From assembly GCF_006345805.1 (NCBI RefSeq), contig NC_043017.1, forward strand, positions 15,748,001 to 15,812,000: a DNA stretch of 64,000 bases, in the 5' to 3' direction. The stretch's first letter is position 1. Every line of letters begins with the position of its first letter. Below are positions 14,413 to 26,447 of the stretch, piece by piece. The DNA comes from Octopus sinensis. Its lineage: Eukaryota. The translations under genes and the position numbers were made by a program. Below the pieces are notes generated by a model. It was given only the letters and a program-made list of their open reading frames with translations, was not told where the DNA came from and did not search any database.

Positions 14413-15409
14413 TTAACTCCATATCAGCTTTGAATAAGAGCAAAGCTATTCCAGCCATGACCATCCAGTCATTTTACAGGAATTGTCTTTGATTACACCA
14501 TCTTCTCTTCAAGATGGTAGGCTGTGATGTGAAGGCAATTTGGCTGCCATTTCTAAGAGATTTGTCGATCACATCTAGTTTCTATTACTTGTTTATACAG
14601 TTGGTTATCTGATATATACATATGTGTGTGTGTCTGTGTGTGCAGAAAGATTGATTGAGATTGAAGAGGCACAGATTTTATATTTTAAGAAAAAGGGGAG
14701 TCAGGATTTGAATAAAATCTATTTCGCACTTTGATCCCTTTTAGGAATTCATCTTAATAGCTTTTATCCAAATTTTGCCTACTTATATGTATGTATGATA
14801 GAATGTGATTGCGTGTGTGTATGTGCGTGTGTCTATAATTACAGAACTTTTTAACACACAAAACAGACATTAATTTTTTTCTCTCAACAATTCTCTTTCT
14901 CCTCTGATCCATTTAACCATCAGAAAACTAGACATTAAAAACGTTGATGACTTCTCTAACGGCTTTCTTGTAGAAGATGACTACTTTGTGCTGTTTTTTC
15001 TTTGATTATATTAAAATAGACTAACTTTTGTTTTTAAGGCTTGGAAATTCCAAATTAAAAGAAAAAATGTCAAAAGCAGCTAAATATATAAAATCAATAT
15101 GTATTTGATCTTTTTTCTGTTGATCAATGTTTTTGAAATGCTGACTTAATCCATTAAGATAGTATTAATGATGTGTACAGTACCTTGCCATAAACATTTT
15201 ATGATGACACTAACCAAAAGTAATTTTCAAAAGAAATTGTGTACATCACACACGCACACACAGGCCTAATTGCTAAATAAAACGATTCACCTCCTGCAAA
15301 TGAAATCACCTGTGTTATTTTGATGGGACCCAGTGGTAAAGAAGTGAATAAATTCGAGGATGGACAGAGGAAGTGGATTTCAGTGAGTTGAAAATTGTTT
15401 TGTGATTTG

Positions 15410-15960
15410 ATCCTCATCACCAGGTTCCTTTAACTGGTGCAGTTGGTCATTGGGATGCTATTCCAGGTTCTAGGAAAGTTTGCTGCAGGAAAATTCATCT
15501 CAGGATTTCTGGCCGCAAGACAAAAGATGAATTGCTCCTCTTGGTATAAAATGGTTTCAACCAATAAGAAGGGCTAAAGCAATTTCTTGACTCATTTAAA
15601 ATTTCTGCAGACATTTTTGCTAAACAAGAAAATATTGTCAAATGAATAAAAAAATTTTAAATGAATTAAGAAATTGCTTTACCCCCGTCTTATTGGTTGT
15701 TGAGACAATTACATACCAAGGGGAGCAATTCGTTTTCTGTCTTGTGGCAAAATTTCTTTCCCATGCAGTGAACATTCCTACAGCCAAAAATCCTGAGGCG
15801 AATTTTTCTGCAGCAACCTTTCCAGATGCTTGTGCAGTCAGCCAACACCATTGGTCTCTGTTCTCCGTCATGTGTAACAGGGTTGCAGTTTTGTGACCTG
15901 TCCAGTCCTTGATGTTGTCAAACCTGGATTTTCTCTGCCTCTCTTTTGTCCACCTTCAAC
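15410..15960 (-). mobile_element. Old RTE-like 3' end interrupted by a fold-back insert
   Basis: 15830-15960 reads DNIKDWTGHKTATLLHMTENRDQWCWLTAQAS. The RTE-type 3' end seems to resume at about 15465-15410. Confidence 0.55.
15473..15823. mobile_element. Fold-back, MITE-like element
   Basis: Imperfect inverted arms at about 15473-15588 and 15668-15823. The right arm carries an extra internal segment. Confidence 0.65.
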
Positions 15961-18900
15961 TGTGCCTTGATTTCATAGTGCAGTTAATAACTGCATTAAA
16001 AAAGGACACTCAATTACACTCAATTTTATGAAAATGTATTAAATTTGGGATTTTAAAGACTTTTCTATTCTAGATTAGAAAGAAAGCCCTGGGTTAATAA
16101 CAAGATACCTCAAAGTACAATCATTTTTTGCTTGCCTTCCTCCACTATGTTATATCTGGCTACTGTTTTGATGTAAAGTGATGCATCTCAACACACTATT
16201 TTAAACTATTTTAAACTATTTTAAACTATTTTAAACCCTACATATACACATATATATGACAAGCTTCCACATAGTTCTACTAAATTTCTTTCACAAAATA
16301 TTGATCAATGCAAGGTTAAAATAAATTGCCCTCACCCAGGGTTTTCTGCTTTGGAATCAACCCTGGAACTTCAGAATTACAAAGTGTCATTCTCAGCCAG
16401 AGCTGCTTTACTTCCTTTCCCCTATACACTGCATTTTCTATGATTCCATAATTAGCAAACATTTCCATGATTGCCCCTGCCTGGTGGGAAGAGTGAGTCA
16501 AATTTCCTTCAAATGACAAATCTTAAAGGGTGAAAAGAGTACAGTGGCCAATTATCGTTCTACATGTATAAACAAAAAGCTCTCACCCCCCCCCTCCACT
16601 TCATTTCATGTAGTTCCAGTCTACTCAGTTGTAATGAAGACCTCATGACAGCCTGGCATCCCGTTCAGGGGAAATGTGATCTCAGTTACTTGTACGCTAT
16701 GAAAACTGTGTAACTGACTCCTAGACATAGTGGTGTCCAGGGGTTGTCCAGGTGATGATGATGATATACAAAAATGAATTCAGAACGGTCATGGCCAGAA
16801 TACTTTTGATCGTTGGTCTGCTCACTGACGGTTGACCTGGGGCTAAACAGTACCACCACCCAACAAATCTATTCGAGTCATAACTAGTTTCCTCCTCTCA
16901 CACATAAGCCAAGTTGACAAAAGTCTATTTCTCTCCCCAAACAATACCTTTAACCCACAACTCTGTACTTTGGTAACTCTCTTTTAGTTGCATCATTGTT
17001 TCAAATGGACTCCATGTATTTTGGCTCAGTTTCTGGTCTTTGAGTCTGTAAAACCAGGGCATAAGGTGCTGTTTTTCATGAAGCAGTGTTGCGACACCTC
17101 ACACACAACTAGGTTAATTGAGGACAACTATATCACAATTGGTTTCTTGTTTAAGCTTTCGGGTTTTGTGGGAAGAGGGACGCGGTTTGCTTGATTTAGT
17201 TGGAGGAGGAAGAACTCTGCACATCACCTTCCTTTTGAGGTTGCGTTGTCTTTGAGACTGATGGAATGACAGGAAAGAGGAAATTGTCCGTGAACCCAAG
17301 ATGTAGCATAAGTTTGCAATAGAGTGGGACCCTATGAAAGGCCTCCCAGATGTAGGTGGTCATGTTAAAGCAAGGTGATAAATTAAGCCATTTACTTAGA
17401 AATATGTCCCTCTGATGGGCTTCCATACAGTTTTTACTGCTAGGTTCTCCTGGGGCACTACTAGAAGATACTTGCTCAAATCAAGGTTGATGAAACCCCG
17501 TAGTTATAAAGTAAGCCTTTTTTTAACCATACATCCATCATATTACTGGTACTCATTTTAGAAGCACACTGCTCCTGTTGAAGACTGGGCCTCTGGATTC
17601 ACTGTTACCATATTTCTATTAATTTAAATTCTGTTAATCCTCTCCAAGATATTGTCAACATTATTTTGGAAAATGGACAAAATGGTTGTCACTGAAGTAT
17701 CTGATTTAATAACTAAATCTGTCCATCTGCTGCCTGGGTCAATTATGTCAGGCATAATACTTAATGATATACCATTTGGCAGAACAATTAGAATGCCTTG
17801 TTATGTCCCTTTTGTGGCAGAATCGGTCCATTATCAGATTAGATAACTTGTGTTCTGTTGGCATGGTGGGTTCAAATCTTGTGTAGATCAAATTTGTTAT
17901 CCATCCTTCTGAGGGCAATAAAAGAACCAGTTGATAGAATATTAATAAGAGGTCATTATCATAAACATCACAGCATAACCACTGTCCAATAACTGAAACC
18001 AATATAAAAAAAAAAAAAACCAGGAACAGAAGAACTGGAAAATGGAAGTATTCGACTTAAACATTTTATAAATTCATCAGTTTTTGGTGAATTAAGAAAA
18101 AAAGTTTGGTGACCTTTTTAACCTCTCCTCCTCCTCCCTCAAATACTCTGATTTAAGTGTTGCCTCTCCTCCACTGCCATACGATTTAACTCTGACCTAC
18201 TCCTCTCTCTTATTCTATGATTTAACACTGTGACTTCTCCTCCTTTAAACTATCATTTAACAGTCGTGTCACCTCCTCCCATGGTCATTAAAAAATTTTT
18301 TTCTGATGTCTTCAATAAAAATTTTGTTACGGTCTTTAAAGGTTAAAAGTGACATGGCCAGCTACAAGAATCATGAGATTCTGAGAGGAACAATATTTTG
18401 GCAGAAATGTTACAGTATTGGAGGAGGAGGAGAGAATGCCATGCAACATTGTGAGTTTGAATTCTTCTGTGGTCATCCTTTTAGGGTTATTAAAATAAAG
18501 TACCAAGCAAATATTGGGGTCAGTGTCCCTTCCCTCAAAACTACTAGCCCTTTACCCAAAGACTATTATTATTATTGACACTGTGGCAAAAAATATACAA
18601 AGCCCAGTATACCCATCATGACTACCCGTCTGATAAGGGTACACCAGGCATATGCATTACAACCATGTGTGCATGACATGGTGGTCTCATATCAAGATAA
18701 ACAGTGCATGACCTTGCAGGTAAGGGCCCAGTTAGAATTTTCCAAAGGTGAATTATCCAAACCCCAAACATATCCTCTCAACACATGGCTTTGATGCTCC
18801 CCCACTACATCTGCTCATGATCAGAGATGCACATATTGTCAACCACTAAGGGACATGTTCAACTGGTTATGGTCAAGCAAATCCGTGGTATTGAGCAGAA

Positions 18901-19011
18901 TATTTGCTGTTATCCATCTTTTATACCAAGACAAAACAATGTACATGATAACACTTCCAATCAGTTAAGATGAGAAGCCATGAGAGCTACTGCCTGGTAC
19001 TGCATCAGGGC

Positions 19012-19060
<49 letters not shown>

Positions 19061-19299
19061 GTTATTATTAAGGTGGTGAACTGGCAGAACCATTAGCATG
19101 CTGGATGAAATGCTTAGCAGTATTTCATCCGTCTTTATGTTCTGAGTTCAAATTCTGCCAGGGTCGACTTTACCTTTCGTCCTTTTGGAGTCAATAAATT
19201 AAGTACCAGTGAAACACTGGGGTCGATGTAATTGACTATCCCCTTCCCCCAGATATCAGGCCTTGTGTCTTTAGTAGAAAGGATTATTATTATTATTAT

Positions 19300-19520
19300 T
19301 AACTCAGGTTTTGTTGGAACTCCTTGCATGTGTAGTAGGCTTGCTGCCTGCAGCCTATGGTACCATGCTTTCTGTTCTTTTTAACAAATACGTTCCTGGT
19401 TACTCTGGCCTCCAATTTCCTTTATATTCTTCTTGATGCCTTCTGATACTGTCCCCCAGGACCCAACAATAATTGGCAATATTTTCACCTTCTTCATTTT
19501 CCATAGCCGAGCAGTTTTGT
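19300..19520 (-). mobile_element. Second R4/Dong-like 3' relic, different subfamily
   Basis: ARLWKMKKVKILPIIVGSWGTVSEGIKK followed by an (ATA)n tail. Confidence 0.6.
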
Positions 19521-20420
19521 ACAGAAGACGATTGTGTATATCTATTTTTTTTTGCTCTCCATCTTAACTATTCATGGGTCAAAGAGGCATATTATTGCAG
19601 AATCGTTAGCATGCTGGGCAAAATATTTAGAGGTATTTCACCTGTTTTTACGTTCTATTGACTGGCCCCTTCCCCCAAAATTCTAGGCCTTGTGTCTATC
19701 GTAGAAAGGATTATTATTAAAGGCAGTGAGCTGGCAGAATCATTAGCAAAATGCTTAGTGGCATTTCATTCACCTTGATGTTCTGAGTTCAAATTCCACC
19801 GAGGTCAATTTTGCCTTTCATCCTTTGAAGGTTGTTAAATTAAGTACCAGTTACACACTGGGGTCAATGTAATCAACTAGCCCTCTCCCCAAAGTTTCAG
19901 GCCTTGTGTCTATTGTAGAAAGGATTATTATTAATAGTAAGTTTCAATGTTGTTCTGTTTATTTCACTGTAGTTGGGTTGGCTTAACTTCCTCATCAATT
20001 TCCTTACTCAGTGATTGTTCACATGACCAAAAAAGAAAAACGGCTTTAAGGGTATCGCGAAAGGCCTAGTTGGAGGTCCAACCTTTCAAGTTTTTTTACA
20101 GAGCTAAGAAAAGCTGAAGGACCACTTCAGTTTCTCTAGTAAGTGTCTGATCTCTGAGAGGGGAATATGTCGGATAAAATCCTAATTCACTGATCCTCCT
20201 GTATCTTCTTTTACCCCAAGCCAGGAGCCTTTCAGAACCCCAGTCATATATATGTATATCATTTGTTTTGTCTCATTTTTATATCCATTGTTCCATGCCA
20301 GTATGAGTGACACAAATATGTTGTTGAGCCATTGCTTTACAGTAACATGCCTTTCCTGTCACTAACCCTTACATTCGAGTATGGGATGTCAGGATTTGAT
20401 GTTTGGCTTTTTATTATATA

Positions 20421-20760
20421 CTAGCAAAATTGCCCTGCGATGCTCGGGGCTGAATTGCTTGAAAGTACTGTTAATGATTGCACTGAATTATGATGATTAT
20501 TCAGGCAAATATTGATATAAGTTTACGGCGAATGAATGTATTTGTAAGTGTATAGAAAGCCATGTAAAGGGGTTCCTACCCCCTCGTAGAATGGTGTAAG
20601 AATTGAATGTGAGGTTGCCTTGAAAAGAGCCATGTTATTGTTCTCATAATTGTAAGAATTTGATAGTCGTAAAACGTTCACAGGTGAATAGGGTCTCTTC
20701 AATTTCCACGAACGGCAGCGGATGTGCTGTTACAAAACTTCATGCTGTGTTAAAAGAGAA
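20421..20760 (-). mobile_element. Helitron-like 3' terminus
   Basis: On the minus strand a GC hairpin (20432-20450) lies 7 nt before CTAG (20421-20424), followed by T. Confidence 0.6.
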
Positions 20761-21854
20761 TGGATGCCCTATGTAGGCAAGAGGGGAATGAAGCATGGGT
20801 AAGTAAATATGGGTAATTTATAAAATAAAGAACATGCATGTATATATATGTATGTATGCCTGTATATATGTACAAAATCCACTGAGAAGGCTTTTGTTAG
20901 TTTGAAGCTACAGCAGAAGACACATGCCAAGTCACCACACAGTGGGACTGAACCCAGGACCATGTGTTTGGAATGTAGTTTGTTACCACACAGCCACACC
21001 TGCCCCTATGTATGTGTGTGTATGTGTGCGTATGTGTGTTAAATATATTATGCATGTATATATGTGTATATATATATATATGTGTACATATTACATGTAC
21101 ATCTATATATATACATCTACACATAAAATACAAAATACAAAGTTATATCTTGATATCGCTAATGATAACAATACTCAAAATATATAACAGACTGGAATTG
21201 TAGGCCCGTCTCTTGCAATTTCGATCAATTGGATCTTGTCCTCCCTCTTGTATAGAAGTGTATGGCTGCAGCGAAATTCATTTTTGGACTTTCTTCTATC
21301 GAAGGCATTTTAACAAAAATGCTTCCGTAAAGACGGTGAAAATATTGTCAATTTCCCCATACAGGGACACAATTCAATTTTTAACAATAACCAAAGCCCC
21401 TTCTCCGAAAGGGGAGGGTTACGGTTTACAATTATTTACAAATGCAACACAACAACGTTTTCCTTGACGAGGAACCAACAAATGTGATTACAATAGTCAA
21501 ACAGTAATAATAACAACAACAAACCTTTTTAATTTATCCCCATTTATGTGAAACCACTTGTTCAAGTCATTGATGCAATTTTATATGAATTGTTAATACA
21601 CACACATAATAAGGGTGAAAAATTGAAAATTAATTTGATTAATATGAATTGAAAACCAGTGATATAGCAAATAAGACCATAGCGGATCTTCCTCTAGCAA
21701 AAAGGATGACCAGTATTAATGGCTCATCCCTGTTATATAAATACTTTCACTTTAATTGTTGCGCACTTGCAAAGAGAAAGTAGAAGTAATAGCAGGAGTA
21801 AACCACTTGAAATGAGAGAGGGAAATCGTAAAATATTGAGTTTTCTCAAATGTT

Positions 21855-22398
21855 TGCTTAATATGTATATGTATAAATATATATATATATATTATATATA
21901 TAATATATGTACATATGTATATGTATAAATATATATATATATATATATATGTACATATGTATGTATAAATATATATATATATATATATGTACATATGTAT
22001 ATGTATAAATATATATATATATATATGTACATATGTATATGTATAAATATATATATATAATATATGTACATATGTATATTAAATATCATAAAGATATATA
22101 TATTATATGTACATATGTATATGTATAAATATTATATATGTACATATGTATATGTATAAATATATATATATATATATATGTACATATGTAGATGTATAAA
22201 TATATATATATATATATATGTACATATGTAGATGTATAAATACATATATATATATATATGTACATATGTAGATGTATAAATATATATATATATATATATG
22301 TACATATGTTATATATAAATATATATATATATGTAACACCTGTATATGTATAAATAAATATATATATATATATACATGTACATATGTATATGTATAAA

Positions 22399-22432
<34 letters not shown>

Positions 22433-23023
22433 CATGTACATATGTATATGTATAAATATTATATGTACATATATATATGTATAAATATATATATATATGT
22501 ACATATATATATGTATAAATATATATATATATGTACATATATATATGTATAAATATATATATATATGTACATATATATATGTATAAATATATATATATAT
22601 GTACATATATATGTATAAATATATATATATGTACATATGTATATGTATAAATATATATATATATATGTACATATGTATATGTATAAATATATATATATAT
22701 ATGTACATATGTATATGTATAAATATATATGTATATATATATACATATGTATATGTATATATATATACATATGTATATGTATATATATATACATATGTAT
22801 ATGTATATATATATACGTACATATGTATATGTACATATGTATATGTACATATGTGTATATGTACATATGTATATATGTATATGTATATAATATATATGCC
22901 CTATGTATATGTACATATGTATATGTACATATGTATATATGTATATGTATATTATATATACATATGTATATGTACATATGTATATATATAATCTATATAT
23001 ATATATATATCATATATGTATAT

Positions 23024-23055
<32 letters not shown>

Positions 23056-23126
23056 GTATATGTATATATATGTATATGTATATGTATAATATATATGTAT
23101 ATGTATATGTATATTATATATATATG

Positions 23127-23165
<39 letters not shown>

Positions 23166-23229
23166 GTATATGTATAAATATATATATATGTATATGTATA
23201 AATATATATATATGTATATGTATAAATAT

Positions 23230-23277
<48 letters not shown>

Positions 23278-24175
23278 AAATATATATATGTATATGTATA
23301 AATATATATATATATATATTATATATTAATAAATATTATATGTATATGTATAAATATATATATATGTATATGTATATATATAAATATATATATATATGTA
23401 TATGTATAAATATATATATATGTATATGTATAATATATATATGTATAAATATATATTATGTATATGTATAAATATATATATGTATAAATATATATTATGT
23501 ATATGTATAAATATATATTATGTATATGTATAAATATATATATATGTATATGTATATATATGTATATGTATAAATATATATATGTATAATATATATATGT
23601 ATAAATATAATTATGTATATGTATAAATATATATGTATATGTATAATATATATTATTGTATATGTATAAATATATATATGTATAAATATATATGTATATG
23701 TATAAATATATATATGTATATGTATAAATATATATATATATGTACATATATATATATATTACATATATATATATTTTATATATATATAAATATATATATA
23801 TATGTCTAAATATATATATATTATATATATGTATAAATATATATATATGTATATGTATAAATATATATATATATGTATATGTATAAATATATATATATAT
23901 ATTATGTATAAATATATATATGTATATGTATAAATATATATATCTATGTATATGTATAATTATATATAATATGTCTATGTAAAATATATAATATATATGT
24001 ATATGTAAAATATATATATATGTATATGTATAAATATATATATATATGTATATGTATAAATATATATATATATATGTACATATGTATATGTATAAATATA
24101 TATGTGTATGTATATATATATATGTATGTATATATATATATATAGTATATATATATATATATATATGTACATATA
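21855..24175. repeat. 2.3-kb compound AT satellite with higher-order units such as (AT)nGTACATATGTATATGTATAA
   Basis: Almost pure A/T with regularly spaced G and C. Confidence 0.97.
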
Positions 24176-24360
24176 TCATCATCATCATCGTTTAGTGTCC
24201 GTTTTCCATGCTAGCATGGGTTGGACGGTTCTACTGGGGTCTGTGAAGCCAGAAGGCTTCATCAGGCCCAGTCAAATCTGGCAGTGTTTCTACGGCTGGA
24301 TGCCCTTCCTAACGCCAACCACTCCGTGAGTGTAGTGGGTGCTTTTTACGTGCCACCCGC
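24176..24360 (-). mobile_element. Young short copy of the RTE 3' end
   Basis: Near-identical reverse complement of about 62970-63156. Related copies lie near 9905-10205, 13700-13920, 14000-14120, 37660-37850, 46215-46380, 46835-47010, 47860-48050, 54895-55085 and 60540-60710. Confidence 0.85.
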
Positions 24361-24424
24361 ATATATGTATATATATGTATATGTATAAATATATATATGT
24401 ATATATATATATATATATATGTAA

Positions 24425-24817
24425 CTTTAGTCTTATTTTTATGGACTACCATATTAGCTTGGCGATAACTATTAATATTCAGTACCGCTGCTGTAATCTC
24501 CTTTAGAGAGACTTAGAAATCTTAATATTTCTATTTATGAAAACCAGTGGATGTATTCCATTGAAATTAGGTAAATTAATCCTTCGAACAGGCGGTTAGT
24601 AGCGATGCCTGCTGGATCTGGCTACTCTGCATTGATAAAGGGCAACAACCCTGAAACATGTCTGCAGATGTCTGACCCGCAAGGGGAAGTGGCTGACCTC
24701 CCCTGTTCGAAGGTTATAATGAACGCACTTTCGCGATGGCCTCTTGGAGCTAATCAGCGGCAGCTTTAGTCTTATTTTTATGGACTACCATATTAGCTTG
24801 GTGATAACTATTAATAT
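24425..24817 (+). mobile_element. Retrozyme-like or Penelope pseudo-LTR-like unit (339-nt period) containing a hammerhead
   Basis: 54-nt direct repeats at 24425-24478 and 24764-24817 with one difference. Internal hammerhead. (TA)n on both flanks. Confidence 0.65.
24626..24668 (+). ncRNA. Minimal type-I hammerhead ribozyme, U3:A8 core variant
   Basis: TCTGCA-TTGATAA-AGGG(CAACAA)CCCT-GAAA-CATG-TC-TGCAGA: 6-bp stem I, 4-bp stem II, palindromic ACATGT stem III, GUC cleavage triplet. Confidence 0.85.
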
Positions 24818-24970
24818 GTATATATATATATATATATTTCGCAGCGTACGTGCATAATAACTTCTTTATGTTTATCATATGACCACCCCTGCACGATGTC
24901 TTTAAACTATTTTCTTTCCTTCGCCATTGCTTCATTGCCAAATTGTTTTGGCGCCTTTTTCTCCCAGCCT

Positions 24971-25100
24971 CTCTGATTCCTTCTCTCCCTCTCTCTCTCT
25001 TGGTCACTGCTTCTTCTCTGATTCCTTCTCTCCCTCTCTCTCTTGGTCACTGCTTCTTCTCTGATTCCTTCTCTCCCTCTCTCTCTTGGTCACTGCTTCT
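24971..25100. repeat. Pyrimidine-rich tandem repeat, about 43 bp x3
   Basis: CTCTGATTCCTTCTCTCCCTCTCTCTCTTGGTCACTGCTTCT starts at 24971, 25016 and 25059. Confidence 0.92.
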
Positions 25101-25510
25101 GTCCTCGCCTTCCACCCTCCTTGGTCCCCTCTCTCTCTTACCCCCCCTTCTCTCTCTTACCCTTGCGACTTGCTGCCTCAGCCATTCTGTTGCCATCGGC
25201 CGCTTTGTTTCAACATGTGTCTTATCACCGAAAAGGTAATTGTTTTTCCACGCTTGCTGATATTGGTTTTGTGCCTCTCTTTTTGTCTCAAAGCCGTAGG
25301 GCGCCTGTGTCATCCATGTTTTTAACCGTTACTGTCTCCAAAAAAGATTTTCGTTTCATGTTCGTCTCTGTTGCGTTGCATTCTTTTCTTCTTCTGTGGC
25401 TGGCTGATTCAGAGCGGATCTCAGAATTAAACAGCCGAAATCTGCGATGAGGGATTGAGTTCTGACTGAAGAACGAAGGCTTTGAATGACCCGTTTGTCT
25501 TTTTATTCGT
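25100..25510. promoter_or_regulatory. CpG-enriched candidate promoter or first-exon region, possibly bidirectional
   Basis: Locally many CpGs in a CpG-poor window. Minus-strand donor AGG|GTAAGA at 25160 and plus-strand donor AAG|GTAATT at 25236. Flanked by large AT arrays. Confidence 0.45.
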
Positions 25511-25544
25511 CCCTTCGTGTATTTCACGTTATTTATTTATGTAA

Positions 25545-25652
25545 AGGTTTTATAATATGTATATATATATATAATATATGTAAAGATGTATATATAATAT
25601 ATATATATATTGTATATTATATATTATATATGTATATATATATATGTATATA

Positions 25653-25690
<38 letters not shown>

Positions 25691-25836
25691 TATATATATA
25701 TATATGTATAATATATATTATATTGTATATATATGTATATATATATATATAGGTATATATAATATATATATATATATATGTATATATATGTATATATAAT
25801 ATAATATATATATATATTATGTAATATATATATATG

Positions 25837-25868
<32 letters not shown>

Positions 25869-26073
25869 CATATGTTATATATATGTATATATATATATAC
25901 ATATGTATATATATTATATCTAATACCATATGTATATAATATATATATGATATATATATATTATATATGTATATATATATATACATATGTATATATATAT
26001 ATACATATGTATATGTATATATATATAACATATGTATATGTATGTATATATATATATGTATATATATATATAT
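25545..26073. repeat. Degenerate (AT)n array
   Basis: Direct inspection. Confidence 0.95.
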
Positions 26074-26218
26074 CGTGATGCATATTTGCCATTTAAATAT
26101 GGCTAACCCCTAAGGGTGGATGCTACTGTAGTTTGTAGCCCCAGAAGATATCTCCTCCAGCTGTGTCCTCTCAGTATTGTGGAAGGGAAGTCATCCTCCC
26201 CGTCTTCAACTCATGATA

Positions 26219-26263
26219 CACACGGACTCGAGTTCAAGGTGGTTTACCTCTCATCAGCGTGTG
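26219..26263 (-). ncRNA. Minimal type-I hammerhead ribozyme, one core A missing (probably inactive)
   Basis: Minus strand reads CACACG-CTGATGA-GAGGT(AAACC)ACCTT-GAA-CTCGAG-TC-CGTGTG: 6-bp stem I, 5-bp stem II, palindromic ACTCGAGT stem III. Confidence 0.75.
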
Positions 26264-26347
26264 ACAATCATGGTTGTCGACGAGAAGTCAGCTCCCTTCA
26301 CAATACATATACTTTTTCCAGTGTCGATTGACACTGATATTGAAAAA

Positions 26348-26447
26348 NNNNNNNNNNNNNNNNNNNNNNNNNNNNNNNNNNNNNNNNNNNNNNNNNNNNN
26401 NNNNNNNNNNNNNNNNNNNNNNNNNNNNNNNNNNNNNNNNNNNNNNN
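26348..26447. other. Assembly gap (100 N)
   Basis: Run of N. Confidence 0.97.

Noticed and set aside
21719-26078. Many long Y/I/M/H-rich ORFs (up to 289 aa)
   Set aside because: They are translations of AT satellite, which lacks stops in some frames. They are not protein-coding.
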